A stretch of 64,000 nt of DNA from NCBI RefSeq assembly GCF_009914755.1, contig NC_060926.1; one strand, given 5' to 3'. The stretch comes from the human T2T-CHM13v2.0 reference genome, Homo sapiens. Position numbers and translations under genes: made by a program. Within the stretch, counting starts at the first letter, position 1. Each line of letters opens with the position of its first letter. Of this stretch, positions 28,199 to 44,449 are shown in pieces. The notes beneath the pieces were generated by a model. That model was not told the DNA's origin. It did no database searches and saw only the letters and a list, made by a program, of their open reading frames with translations.

Positions 28199-29928
28199 CC
28201 AAATGGCTTATTACTGAAGTAATGAAAGAAAGCTTTTATACAGTCATATCAATGGTAGTTCTGGGTTATAGTCTCAGAGACATCATTACTATGAGGATAT
28301 AGAGAATTTAGGAAAATTTTAAAAATTATTTAAACAAAATTTGAAAAACATTGTAGGCATGTATTACCACATACAATTATATCTGCCTACCTATGTATTT
28401 AATCACTATCTTTTAGAAAACACACAACAAAAGTTCAGTTTGCCGTAGTTCATTATAGAGTTAATAGGAGCTTGGAGATTTGATCTAATAACATGCACTT
28501 CATAGTAGAGCAAACCCATGATGTTATCAGAAATTTTGGAGAAGTCCAGGATTGGGGTGTACAGGTGTACCCACCCTGAGAACCAGTGGATCTATATAAG
28601 TCTGGTGTATTGGTTTCAGTACAATGATATTTATATACAACTTTGTATCAAATAAGTTTGCTAAGCCCTATTATAAGTTAAAACTATTTTTAAACCATAT
28701 TTCCCCACCCTGGTTTGGAAATTGATAAAACAGTTTAAAGCTGAAAAACATAAACTACAGTAACTCAATAAACAATTTAAAAATAAGTTGTGTAGGTAGC
28801 TGGAAAAAATTATAAATCTCAAAAGTATAGATTTAAGATAAAGCCCAGTTATCTAGAATTATAAGGTTATAGTACATTTTTGGTTGAGCACATTTAGCTT
28901 TTTCTATTCCTCCATTTTGCCTAGCTGCCATTTCTTAACTATGAAAGGAATTGAAGAGTCCATCAGAGCTTTTGTTCGCACTAAAGAATAGTCATTTGAA
29001 GAAAATGGTGCCAGGCCAGACATGTAAAGATATTTAAAGAAAAGAAGGAAGGTGATAGGCCTAAATTCAGGACTATTAGCATATTCACAATGGTACAGGT
29101 ATAGGCTAAGCTTGGTCACAGGTGAAAGGCAGTAGTGTGAGAACTCATGGAATTAACAAAGCTACTTCACACAAAGGGACGGATGGTACTTCCTCCATGT
29201 CCATTCCTTTCTAAGATTTCAGTGGCAAACAGCGTATGTAAGGCTGCAGTGACAATTTGTTTCAGTGGCCCTAAAAAATACCTATATGTACCATAGATTT
29301 AATGTGTAAAATTAAAAGCAATGTATATTAAATATTTTCTAGGAATCTGTGATTTTGTGACCAAAGATCTGAATATACTTAAAAACAAATCCTAATTTTT
29401 TTCTAAAGAAACATGATAAATATCTGGATAGCTGGCTACATTTTGAAATATTCACCCAATATTTCTGCAATAGTCAGCATTTCAATAATAATTTTATTTG
29501 CTTTTTCATGGCTTTGAATTGGGTATTATTTTGTTTCTTTGTTTTGTTCTAAGTCTATATATTTTTTTTCTTGCCACCATTTGCTGTGATTACAGATATA
29601 GGTTTAGAGTTTAGCCTTTGCAATATCATCAGTTGATGGCATGTCTACAGCAATATGGTGGATAATATTTTTTATTTTCATAGTATGAGTGCTACTTGAC
29701 TCTGACTGAATGATTTTCTGTTACAAGATTTTCTTTGGTTTATAGACCTACTTTACCTTGGCTTCTGAATATGCTGAAATCCTTCTGCCCTTGGTTATAA
29801 CACCTTTTATTTGTTAACATTTAAAATGCTTTCAAATCTTTAACAATAATAAAGGCATTAGTTATTTTAATTAATTTGTATGGATGGAATAAAACCAAAG
29901 GGAAGGTGTCATTTTCTGGTTGCAATAA

Positions 29929-30257
<329 letters not shown>

Positions 30258-30783
30258 AATTGCTTTTCTTTTCTAAGAAAATTTTGCTGACATCCTTGGT
30301 ACATATTGCTATTCTTAAATGTTTGAGTTTACTAATCCTCAACAGTAAATATCTTTAAAAATGTATAACCTTGCTTAATATTAGTTACCTAAGAATGCCA
30401 CAAGAAACTGGCATCTTTATAGTTACTTTATATTACAGAGTGTAATAAATTCTAGAAAGATGGGACTAATTATGGTAACAGACATTTTATACTCAATAAA
30501 AACTTTCCTTAATTTCACCCTTATGCAGGGAGTCTCAGTAGAGTACCTCTCTTTTGTGTCTTGGTTGGTATGGCATGGCACTAAGTGACATTAGATTAGC
30601 AACTGGGGAACAACTTTGTGAAACTGTTTATGGAAGTGAATTTTCAGAGTTCACGGTTGTGGGTTTTTTTCCTATCTCAGATCACCTAGCAACTTTAGAT
30701 TCAGGCGGAAGTTGGAGTTTATTTTACAAAACATGAAAAAGCTTTTAAACCAACATTTTTGAGGTAAATCTGTAGCAAAAGTG

Positions 30784-30897
30784 AGGCCACCTGCTGTTAA
30801 GAAAAGTGCCTACACATTCATCACATTTCTGTCCCCAGTAGAGGGTACTGCTGAGTAAAACACTGCCATTGTTGTTCAGATCCTATAGGTGGCAGCA
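30784..30897. promoter_or_regulatory. Cluster of three CTCF-like motifs (occupancy unknown)
   Basis: ACAGCAGGTGGCCT (-), CCAGTAGAGGGTAC (+), CCTATAGGTGGCAG (+) versus core CCASYAGRKGGCRS. Confidence 0.35.
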
Positions 30898-33800
30898 GTT
30901 CCTACAGTTTCAGAGCATAACAATGGCTCGATTTGTGGGTCTAAGAATAAAGCTGTCACGAACTCATGGAATCTTTATACTGTAAGGGCTCTTCTTTGAA
31001 ATGTGATACATGAGAAAATTACCATTAATGTTTAGTTTCCCTTTTAAGATTTAAGTAGCTTATCTTTCTTTTAAGTTCCATTTTGTATTTGAAATTGTGT
31101 CCCCAAACAAGTATTGACAGCCGTAATTTTATGGTGTTAAATTATGAAGTATAAATTTTTAGGTAATCTCAGGGAAAGATATGATGTAAACTTTTTTTTC
31201 TTTTCCTCTCCCACCCTAGCCTTCCACCCCAATTACAAGAATCATCCATTGTTAATGTTGACTGCTGCTGCAATCTTGAGAAGGAAGTCCTAGTTGCTAT
31301 ACAAGCATAATTTTCTCCATGTTCAGGAGCTGAGTGCTTAATGGTTTTAACATTGCCATTCAACTTTTAGGAGGCTTTGAACCAAATTGTAGCACCTATC
31401 AAAGAGTGATTTTATAACTCTCTTTAAGAAAAAAGATTTGAATCATACTGTAGTTTCTGTTAGGCGACACAGAACTGAGGATGTAAGTACTGTACTCTTA
31501 GAGCAACTCACCTTTTGCCACTCCCAAGCAGCAGAGTGCTTGTTACTTCAGTGGGTCACTTGCACACACATACACACACCCTCCACACATCCAGAATAAA
31601 CTCCATATTAGGTATAACAATTGTAATTCATTCAGTTTTAACGGTCAAGTGAACATTAAAAAAATTTTCCCTGCTAATTATTGTGTTTAGTTCAGAGAGT
31701 TGCAAAATGCTAAATAAAACTAGTTTTTTGGTTCAAGTCAAAATAGAGTTAAGCCTATCTCTAGAAATGCCTATTCAGAAATTCAGCAACCCTTGTCTTA
31801 TTGCTCAAATTAATTATCCAGAAACTGTATTATGATCGTTTACTCAAATTAATATGAAAATCTGAGAATTCTATCTTTGTTTTAAATTCAGGAAAGACTA
31901 GATTCTTTTTATTTATCATTTGAGATAACAAAGTAAACTAATGGCAATGTATGAGTATCTTAACGTATTTTGAAGGGAATAGGTTAAACTGTTACTCTTT
32001 TGGAGCTGATCTCTTTGTATCAATTAGGTACATTTGTAAACTCTATATTTTTGAACCATATTTTTGGAACTAATCTAAAGCTGTGAAATGAATACATTAT
32101 TTCAAATTAAAACATACATATTTATATGTATTATACATATCATACATAGAGATGCATATATATATTTATTGAAGATAAAGGAAATGTAGGTTTTAGGGTT
32201 GTAGAACATTTGGATCATATAAATAGGAGATACATGCCTATACTTTCTATCATCCATATTATGTGTGTGTGTGTGTGTATGTATATATGAATACATTTAT
32301 TCAATAGTATGTTCAGAATGATGTTTTTCATGAAGAATTATTAGTGTCACATATGATTCCATTTCCCATTTGGTGGATGTGAAAGGAAACAGAATTATAT
32401 AAGCAAAAAAGTTTGCTGGGAACCTCACATGCTCTTAGTAATTATTTTGTGCATTGTCAGCTACTGAAAAAATTATTTGTTTTTAAAGGAACTACTAGGA
32501 GCAAAGTATAAATCAACTTATTTTTGAACACTTGTAATATTATATGTTCATATAAAATCTATTTTTGATGGCATAATGACAGTTTAATTATGTGCATTTT
32601 TTTGTCCTTGCTGTTGTTTTTAGCATATTTATAATAGCTAGCTGAATAGGAAAAAATCATCACTTAAGGCAAGGCTCTTCAGGTCATCTGTGAACATTCT
32701 GTCTATCCTTTCTTTAAAAATATTTTGAACACCAAGATATGACAAGATAAATTCCATTTTTATTTTTGCAATTCTCTTTCAGAAGCTTATGTTAAAATTA
32801 ATTTCAGTTTATATTATTTTCTTATGTAAATTATGAACATGTAAGGATGATCACTTTGTTCTAATTTGTAAATTTTTACAAAGTATTTTAGTAAAATGAT
32901 ATATGTCCTTCAGTGAATTCATATTGCTATTCAACAAAACATTCCCTAATGATAAAGTTGATATTTATGTTTTGTAAGTAAAATCATTTCGATGAATGAC
33001 AAAGCTTTTGATGAATCAGATACTATCAAAGCTTGGAGTTGTTTTCAGAAATTGAATGTATGCTGGTTTAAAAAATAAGCTAAAATATATTTTTAGGTAT
33101 CATACATATGGGGAAAAAATGAGATATATAGTTAAGTTTGAACAGCTTAGACTCATTTAAACCCGGGTTTTAGAAATTTCAATTCCTTGTAATTAAAAAT
33201 TCTGTTGATCTATTTAAAAATGAATATGTATTTAACTTTCCCATATTTAACAATAGTAAACTTTAATATTAGTAAAATATTACCTAAAAGATGTTCACAG
33301 AAACTGTTGACATGTTTGAAAGGATAGAATATAATTAACTCATGCATTTTGAGGGGAATTTTAGGGCTTAGAGAATTGCATAATAGACTGATAGGGAAAG
33401 ACTTTCAGGAGAGGGAGCACAGTGACTGATATGCCTGAATTTGAGAAAGCAGCAGATACAATAAATGTCTGATTCTATGTAACAAGTAGTAAATGGAATT
33501 TTTCACTAATTGAATTTTTCTGTTTAACCTAGTGTCCATGTGTACGTATTGTACATATGACTAGTTTTGTAAGCATTAGAATATAATAAACTTAATCTTA
33601 AACATACACCCAAAACAATTACTTCCAAAAATTCTTCAGGAGGTCTATTGGAATCTTTAGTGTGAATGATTATCATTGTGAGCATCTATTGCTATTTTAG
33701 AGTCTTGCTTATGGGGAAAAATAATTTGATAATGATTGAGCTTTCTGATTACCTGGGTACTACATAAATAAGAGTGTTAACACTAATTTCTATACATTTA

Positions 33801-36715
33801 GGTAAATATATTTACTTATAAACATTTAACGAAAATATTATTATTAAACATAGTTCTATTTTGAGTAAATAATTTAAAATGCTGGGACCATTTTCTCTGA
33901 GTGGCCTTCTTCAGACTTCTGGACCCTAGAAATGGCCTTATACTTCACCCTAGGAGGGCCCTTTTTTTCACAGGCCTGAAACTCTGTAGAATCCATGTTG
34001 GATATTATTAATGAACATGTTTCTTTTTGTAGAGGGGAGAATGATGATTAGAAAGGTAAATTAGTATCATAAACACTCCAGATATTTCAGCATATGCGTG
34101 AAATTATTCTCTCTCTTCATGGAATCCATTGTCTTCATGTGCATCTAGTTTCGTGACCTACAAAAGAGGACTTCTGAGCCATGGGCATGTACAATCAGGT
34201 TCTGCTTAAAGTCAACATTTCTTATAAAGGCACCATCTGTATTACAAAGAATCATGATGCCAATGCTGTGGCTTTGAGTGCTGTCCATTCGAATCAACAA
34301 GTACATATAGCATGCATGTTGTGGGCAAGACATGTGCTTAGCACTATATAAAAATACACTAAAGGCTCCTACAACTGACATTTTCCCATTCAGGCCTGAC
34401 TCTTCAGCCCTCTCTACTCTCTTACCTGAATAGATATGTCACCCTCAGTCAGTGTGGGGAGAATAAAGCTGAATGTGAAATTTAGCTTCCTTAACATTTA
34501 AAGTCAACTTTTCATTTAACTCATTTTTTTCTTCTGTGCTTTCAGAAAAACAATGATGAGATCAAAATTAGTTACTCATGAATTCAACCACAGTTATTAA
34601 ACTTTACTATTTTTGAGGTATAGGGATCCAACAGTACCTGTTCTGAAGTTCATTTTAGTCTAATGGACTTTATTAGCCTTAAAGATGTTATCTAGTTAAT
34701 GCAATATATTACACATAGGCAGTGTAATTGCTCTCCTCTGTTTAGAGAGTGTATATGAGTAGTCATAAATTCTTGATGGCATAACCCAAACTGGTATCCT
34801 AAATCCTTGACTTCTAATTTTAGACCATTGTACTTCTAAAGTTTGCTTGTAATTTGAGTATTAAGAAATTAAAGGACAAGAACATATGAAGGCCATCATG
34901 CAGCTCAAAGTCTAAGGGAAAATAATGCTGTTTCAGTTCTCAATATAAAACAAAAATAATTATATGAGTAATTATTCATTTTGAAAACTGATCTTCAAGT
35001 AAAACTGGGCTTAATCAAAAAAGGAGTAAGCCCTGAAGACCTTTTGCATTGTAAAATTCTAGCAAAGTTGTGATTCCCGTTGATTTTAAAGAGTGATAGG
35101 AGTGGAGCTTCTGAATATCCCCTGAGATTTTAGAAGTATATGATACTGGCAGTTGTCACAAAAATATATTTCTAGAGAAGTCTGAATAATTGACTCTTTA
35201 AAAATTATGTTTTCTTGCAAAATCTCTAAGGAACTGAAGAAGTTTCTAAGAATCACAGGCACGCTCTTAAAGCATTACCATGAGCCTTTACTCTGAAATA
35301 CCTCATAGTGGTACCTCATACCTTCTTTGCAGAAATGAGTGCCTAAGTCCTAATGGGGAGAAATGTACTCCAAAATGATCTGAAGCCATTGGCAGGGAGA
35401 CAGAAGAGATACTATTAGCAGAGCAGAAACAAAAATAGGTGGATAGAGCCAATGGGTTTTTTTTTTTTGGTAGAAACTGACAAACGATTTTAACGTTTAT
35501 ATGAAAATGTAAAGAACCAATAATAGTCAAAATCATCTGGAAGAAAAGGAAGAAAGTTGGAAGATTTACACTACCAGATATCAAGGCTTGTTATAAAGCT
35601 ACAGTAATTAAGATAGCGTGGTATTGGTGTAAGGATTGATGAAAGTCAAATAAAATGATAAGGAGTCCAAAAATATACCCACATATATGTGGAAACTTGA
35701 TTTTATAACATAGGTAGCACTGCAAAACAATGAAGATGGATGGTATTTTTAATAAAATATTCTGATTCAACTGGATAACCTCATGAAAAAAAATCATGGT
35801 CCTCTACCTCATACCATATACAAATATCAATTTCAGATTTCTATTTAGACTATAAGTCTAAATATAGAGGGTAAAGCAGTAAAGCTTCTAACATTAATGC
35901 ATAAGAATATCTTCATGACCCTGAGTTAGGTAAGGATATCTTAAATAGGACAAAAAAAAAAAACCATACAGAAAAGATTGATAAATTGGTCTATGTTATA
36001 ATTAGGAATTTCTGTTATTGAAGGACACTATTTAGAAAGTAGAAATGTAAGTTACAGAGTAGGAGGCGGTATTTGAAATGCATATAACTAAGGACTTATT
36101 TTCAGAATATATAACAAATTCTTACAAATCAACAGGAAAAAAAAGAACCTAATTTCACAAATGTGAAAAACATGAACAGGCACTTCACAAACAGTATATC
36201 CAAATGGCCGATAAACAGAAAAAGATACTAAACCGAAATAGTCACCAGGTAAATACAAATTGAAACCAAAATAAGATACCAACATATTTCCAACAGAATG
36301 GTGAAAACTAAGACTGGCAAAACCAAGTATTGATAATAACGTTGAGCAATTGAAACTCATATACACTACTAATGGAAAAACCATTTTGGAAAACTGCTTG
36401 ACAGTGTCTGTTAAAGCTGAAAGTATATGCATCCTGTTTCCTGGCAATTTCGTTCTCTGGTATAGTAGACCCTACAAAAATGTGTGCACCAAAAGACGTA
36501 TGCAAGAATGTTCATAGTATTTTTTAATAGCTGAACACTGGAAATAACTCAAATGCCCATCAACATTAGAAAAGACAAATAAATTGTGGTTTATTCATAT
36601 AATGGAATATTTTTAAAGCAAAGAAAATGAATCAACTATTTCCACACACAATATGCTGTACAAATCTCACAAACATAATGTTGAGCAAAAGATGACAGAC
36701 TCAAAATAATACATA

Positions 36716-37047
36716 CAGTCATGCATCACTTAACAATGGCGATACGTTCTGAGAAATGTGTCCTTAGGCAATTTTGTTGTGCGAACATCATAGAGTGTAC
36801 TTACACAAACCTAGATGGTATAGCCTGCTGCACACATAGGCTATGTGGTATAGCCTGCCGCTCTGAGGCTACAAACCTCTCCAGCATGTTACTGTACTGG
36901 ATACTGTGGGCAACTGTAACACAATGGTAAGTATTTATGTATCTAAACATAGGAAGGGTACAATAAAAAACTGATATTATAATCTGAAGGGACCAACATA
37001 TATGTGGTCCTTCTCTTACCAAAACATCCTTATGCAACAGATGACTA
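36716..37047 (+). mobile_element. Tigger3a (MER7A) TcMar non-autonomous DNA transposon
   Basis: TA|cagtcatgcatcacttaac...gatacgttctgagaaatg...acacaaacctagatggtatagcct...atgacta; both TIRs present. Confidence 0.9.
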
Positions 37048-37222
37048 TGCTATATGATTCCATTTGTATAAAGTCCAAAGGATGGCAAAACCAATCTGTG
37101 GTGTTAGAAATCAGGATAATGCTTACCTCTGGGGAAGAGAGAAAGGGAACAAGGGAAGCTTCAGGAGTGCTACTAATATTCCATTTCTTAAACTGGGTGA
37201 TGATTATGTGGGTGTGTTCACT

Positions 37223-37525
<303 letters not shown>

Positions 37526-37949
37526 TGGGTGTGTTCACTCTGTGATAATTCTTTCAGCCATGATCTTATTTTTTTACTTTTCTGTATGTACATTGTACTT
37601 CAGTAAACAAGTTTAATAAAAAAGAGAGGTAACAGAAGTTGTGTTTTGTTTGTTGTTTGTTTGTTTGTTTTTTAGCTTTTCCAATACAGAGCAGAGGAAA
37701 AGCAGTCTGGAATGTGGATAAGAAGCTCTGGAAGCTTTTTCTGATTTGAAAGAGGTGGTTCACGAGATAAATATTTTTAACTTAGGCACAAACTCATAGT
37801 GTGTACTGATGTTGGTCATAGAATGCCTCAATGTTGCAAGGTTCTTCGGGCTGTGGTTCTTTACCTACACAGGATAGTGTTTATGAACCTGAATGTTGTT
37901 AAAGGAACTTTAGTCAGAGAGCTGAAAGCCATTGAGCATATATGTTGCT

Positions 37950-38183
37950 CAGCACAGATACCGCTTCTTCCAGAAAGCCTTCCCAGGCCCATCAGTTTGG
38001 GCCAAATGCTTTCCTTCTATGTTCCCACAAATCCTTGGTGTACCCCCCAAGAAACCGTAAGCTTCCTGAGTGAAGTTGTCTGTGTTGTCTGTCCTGAGAG
38101 ACATTGTCTGTGTTGTTTATAATTTAGATTCCAGTGCCTAACATTGTGCCCAGTACTGAATAAAATAAGTACATGAATGAATG
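37950..38183 (+). mobile_element. L2 3' end
   Basis: ttcttccagaaagccttccc...taagcttcctgag...ccagtgcctaacattgtgcc...atgaatgaatg. Confidence 0.6.
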
Positions 38184-39366
38184 TTTGTAAGTCAGTCGTT
38201 CATAACATGAAATATGCTTAACTATGTGTTTCACTATTTTATAGATAGATTTGATCATTTTGGAACATGTAATTCTTATCAGCACTGAATATTAGGATGA
38301 GGAATTTGGGACCCTTTTGTAGGCACTAGCCTTTTGTTACTGTAGTTAAATTTTACGATAAACTAAAACTTGAGGATAAGTGGTCAAAATAAAAAAAAGT
38401 TTATGTTAAAGTAGAAACTTAAAAAGGCCTGGTATTCACTGTTAGAACAAACTACTTTTCTCAGAGTAACATTGTGCTCATCTTTAAGTTACTTTATAAA
38501 AATGTGAAATCAGCTTTTTTTTTTCTGATAACATAGAGCTTAGTGATATTTTGAAGTTGCTCTTAAATCATCTACAGCTTAAAAAGAACTTTCTAGCAAA
38601 GTCATTATAGGTAATGATTTCTCAAATGTTTTGAGTTTTTAGTATTTGTTTATTATATAAAGTTGAAATATGTACTATCATGATAATTATAATCAAATAG
38701 AGAGGTCAGACTTGAATTTTATATTTCTACCACTGACATGCTTTCTGTCAAATTAACAGGTTTTTTTTAAATAAAGTTTTGACATTGGATTCATAAGGAC
38801 TGATGTCTGTATCATACTACAAATATAAACTGTTTAATTTAATGACAATGCCTAAACCAGGTAACCGGAGTGAAGACAAATGAAATTCTTCCTTTTGTAC
38901 TGGTCATTGTGTGAAGGCAATCATAGACACAACCTGTGTCCTGGGATGAGATATGTGAAATGGATGCAAGTCCTCAAATGTTATCATTTTATGCATTCAA
39001 ATGGATAGTCAGAAGACCCATAAGGCCCCTAATTTAGAAATTCCCACAGTTCTCAATAAAGTGGCTTTCCACTAGTTTGAGTTGTCACCTTTTCCAAAGA
39101 CTTGACACCACATCTTCCTCAATGAAGTAATTCTGCTTCAAGCAGGTAGATTTTCATATTCATGGCCTACAGGCCAGATTTCAAATGCTCTTTAGTATTT
39201 TCTTTATGTCATAGCACACTTGGCTTTTGGGTAGTTTCTGCCTCATTTTCATACTAGCTTTGTAAAGATTTCTGTAGTATGTAAGAGAACTCTAAAATTG
39301 AGGCTTATGTAATTAAATGAGATATAGTTTAGACTTATGAAAGAACGGCATGAAGTATGTGTCTCA

Positions 39367-39794
<428 letters not shown>

Positions 39795-39797
39795 TTA

Positions 39798-39996
<199 letters not shown>

Positions 39997-40100
39997 AACT
40001 TATTTGTAAAGTGATGTTCAGTTGCATTGTTATGAAATATGGAGTCATACTTTTTTTAAGCACAAGGATACTTATTAAAAATTAGAAAAGCCTTAGGGTA

Positions 40101-40102
<2 letters not shown>

Positions 40103-40136
<34 letters not shown>
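40103..40136 (+). repeat. (TG)17 microsatellite at Alu tail
   Basis: Perfect TG run. Confidence 0.97.
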
Positions 40137-40140
<4 letters not shown>

Positions 40141-40428
40141 AAGAAATGGAGTCCCTTTCCATTGCCCAGACTGGAGTACAGTGGCACAGTCATAGCTCAC
40201 TGCAGCCTTGAACTCGTGGGCTCAAGGGATCCTCCTGTCCCCCCGTCCTGAGGAGCTGGGACTGCAGGTATATACCACTATGCCTGGCTAAGTTTTAAAC
40301 ATTGTTTTAGAAATGGAGTCTAGCCATGTTGTCCAGGCTGGTTTCAAACTTCTGGTCTCAGGCAATCCTCCTCCTGCCTCAGCCTCCCAAAGTTCTGGGA
40401 TTACAGGCATGACCCACCAACGCTGGAC
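40137..40428 (-). mobile_element. Alu (AluJ-like)
   Basis: catagctcactgcagccttgaactc..gggctcaag J-type dimer. Confidence 0.94.
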
Positions 40429-40469
40429 TTTTAATTTTTGACATTTTTAAAATTCTTCCTCTAGTCTAA

Positions 40470-40801
<332 letters not shown>

Positions 40802-41111
40802 GGAATACTTTTTATATTCTGATGTCGTGGAAGAACTCCAAAATGAAGTAATGAGGTATAATAGTATATTGCAATACTTGGATTACAATTGACAGGAAAA
40901 TAAAACCTTGCAAACTAATTGCCGTGAGAAGTAGCAATTGTGATTCTTATGCTTTGAAAACTTTAACAGAATGGAAAAAATAATGGTAACATATTAGAAA
41001 AATTGGATTATTGTAAAAAGAACAAGAAAAACCTAATTTAAAATGAAATTAAAAAAACACTTTCAATGAGAACAGTGTTTTTATGTCTTATCCATACCCA
41101 TCTAATATAAG

Positions 41112-41232
41112 GAGAACTACTTATTGGGTTCCATGTTCACTATTTGGGTGAAAGGTTCACTTGAAGCCCAAACCTCAGTATTATGCAATATACCCATGTA
41201 ATAAACCTGCACATGTACTTGCTGAATCTAAT
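41112..41232 (+). mobile_element. LINE-1 3' terminal fragment (L1PB-like)
   Basis: aactacttattggg...gttcactatttgggtga...cccaaacctcag...atacccatgtaataaacctgcacatgtac...tgaatctaa. Confidence 0.85.
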
Positions 41233-41434
41233 GTATATATTAGATTAATACACACACACGCACACTCACACACACACACAAATATATGGGCAATGTTTCA
41301 CTGTTGGATCTGCATACCAGATGCAACATCCAGTTATAGTATTATATATATTTTTAATGCAGACAGATGCAAAAATCCTTTTCCACACAGATATGTTAGA
41401 AATAAAAGGAAAAATATATAGACTTTTACAATAG

Positions 41435-41830
<396 letters not shown>

Positions 41831-42123
41831 TTATCGTTTTTCTAGAAACTAAAATCTCCACATATTTATCTTCATTTTGAAGTATTCTGGATTTCAAGTA
41901 CTCATGTACTTGAAAGTTATATGTATTATAACTTATGTTGTGAGAGCAGTATTTTACTAGATGAACAGTATGTATTTCTCTCCATTCCAGCCTAATAATT
42001 CAATAAGATCTAAATTCAGCTTTACTATTTTCTTTATAAAGTGCTTAAAATTGAACAAACAGGAGGAGAAAAAGGAAGAGAAGAAAACAGCAATGAAGTC
42101 ATTTAGGAATGATAAGCAAATGT

Positions 42124-42465
<342 letters not shown>

Positions 42466-42492
42466 CTATTTCTATGTTTTTGAGATTTCCAG

Positions 42493-42715
42493 CAAGGTTG
42501 TGCCAATGGCTGGAGGGGATAGAAGAGGTGGTCCATTCTAGGGCAATGAAGTGAGTTAGATAATTTTTCAAAAAAAATAATAAAATTGAAAGTTGTTCTG
42601 CTTTTAATTATCATATGTGCCTAAAATTTTTTTAAATGCCAGTGGTAAAATACCTCTCCCTATCCTTATTCATGTAGACCACTCCTACCATGCCGTACCT
42701 TTTGGTACACCATTG
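42493..42715. mobile_element. Possible old hAT-Tip100-type MITE
   Basis: Degenerate inverted ends (gaggtggtcca / tagaccactc...tggtacaccattg) resembling cagtggcgtacc-type TIRs. Confidence 0.35.
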
Positions 42716-44062
42716 GCTTCCAGGATATTTAAAAACTGAAGAAAATACCGAAAACAGGGTTACAAAAATTTTGGAATATTTTAAATGTGTTAATTTAATA
42801 AAGTAACTCTTTGTACAAAGGCAATTTAATTGAGCTATTCATAGGATAGTTGTATAATATAGAAATATGTAACTTACACTGCACTATGATAAATGCCTGA
42901 CTTTCGGCCCTGTCAGGTTATCACTTGTGACTATACATCTGACCTTTTTTTGATTTTCTTTATGGCTATGAGGGCAGACCATACACTTTTCTTGTTGCTG
43001 TTCTTTTACCTATTGCACCCCCTTAACCAGAATGGGCCCTTTTTAATTGGTAACTAATTGCCTTAAAGGTATGTTGAGAATATAGCATTCTTTGAAGGTA
43101 TCAACAAATTTATAAGAAAAGTTTGTAGAGCATGAAATTCAGGAAATGTTTTCTTTCTTTCTTTTTTAATCAATTAAGTAATTAGATTTAGTTCTACTAA
43201 TATTACTGATTTACCTTAAATCGTGAATCCAGCTGATGAACTTTTTGAAATGTGAAGCACTGGTTAGGAATTTGAGAACTGCAGATGTGAGACTCATCTA
43301 GATCTTAGTTATGATTTTATTGTTCACTTCATTTGAAGGACAGAGAAAAAAAGGCAGGGGTTGAACATAAATCTCAGAGACTGTATGAGGATTAATGAAA
43401 TTATGTCCCTTATAAAACATTTGAGTTTTTTTTTTGGTAGAATGCCAGTATGTGAGAATAAAGGAGGATATTCACCAGTGTCTTCTAACATTTAAAATGT
43501 TAGGAGAAGCAGATCATATTTGAAAATGAAATTTAGTCTGTGGTTAATAGTTTATTTCCTCTTAAAATTGTTATCAACTTCCATAAATGTAAATTATATA
43601 TTTTTATTTTCATATTTTTTGATAGTCAATACTTGTTTCCAACATGGACAATATTAAACTGTAAAGTTTCTGAAGTACTCCAGGTTTCTCAAATACTCTT
43701 ATTTCCAGGTAAGAATAAAAAATGTAAAAAATATTTTAAAAGTTAAAAAAATAATATTGCAAGTAAGCAATGTAGGTAAGGTGTTTTGCATCTGAGAGTG
43801 CGTTTGCCCAACTTAACTAATAGGGCAAAAGCACTATTGTGATGACATCTTTGACGAATCTTTCTTGGACCCAATATCACCGATGATGTTGGTTTGTGGG
43901 TTGGGCCTTCTTCACTGCTTGGTTTATCTTTGGTGTCAATCAGTGGTAATGATACAATCCATGACAAAATATTTTTTGTTGAATATTTATCATCACTCAA
44001 AATAGGATACAGTTCTTTCTAAAGATAAAGGCTTTCTCCTAAGGCATTTGTTCCTACTTTAA

Positions 44063-44449
<387 letters not shown>

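Noticed and set aside
34035-34115. ATGATGA box C-like motif with possible ggaga/tctct terminal stem
   Set aside because: The box D position reads GTGA rather than CTGA; no recognisable guide sequence.
34546-34617. Acceptor ttcttctgtgctttcag with donor GAG|GTATAG
   Set aside because: Stops in all three frames and a weak donor; indistinguishable from a pseudo-exon.
43743-44000. 85-aa minus-strand ORF, and a GTGATGA box C-like motif near 43839
   Set aside because: No recognisable protein similarity or splice support; no box D (CTGA) or terminal stem at snoRNA distance.
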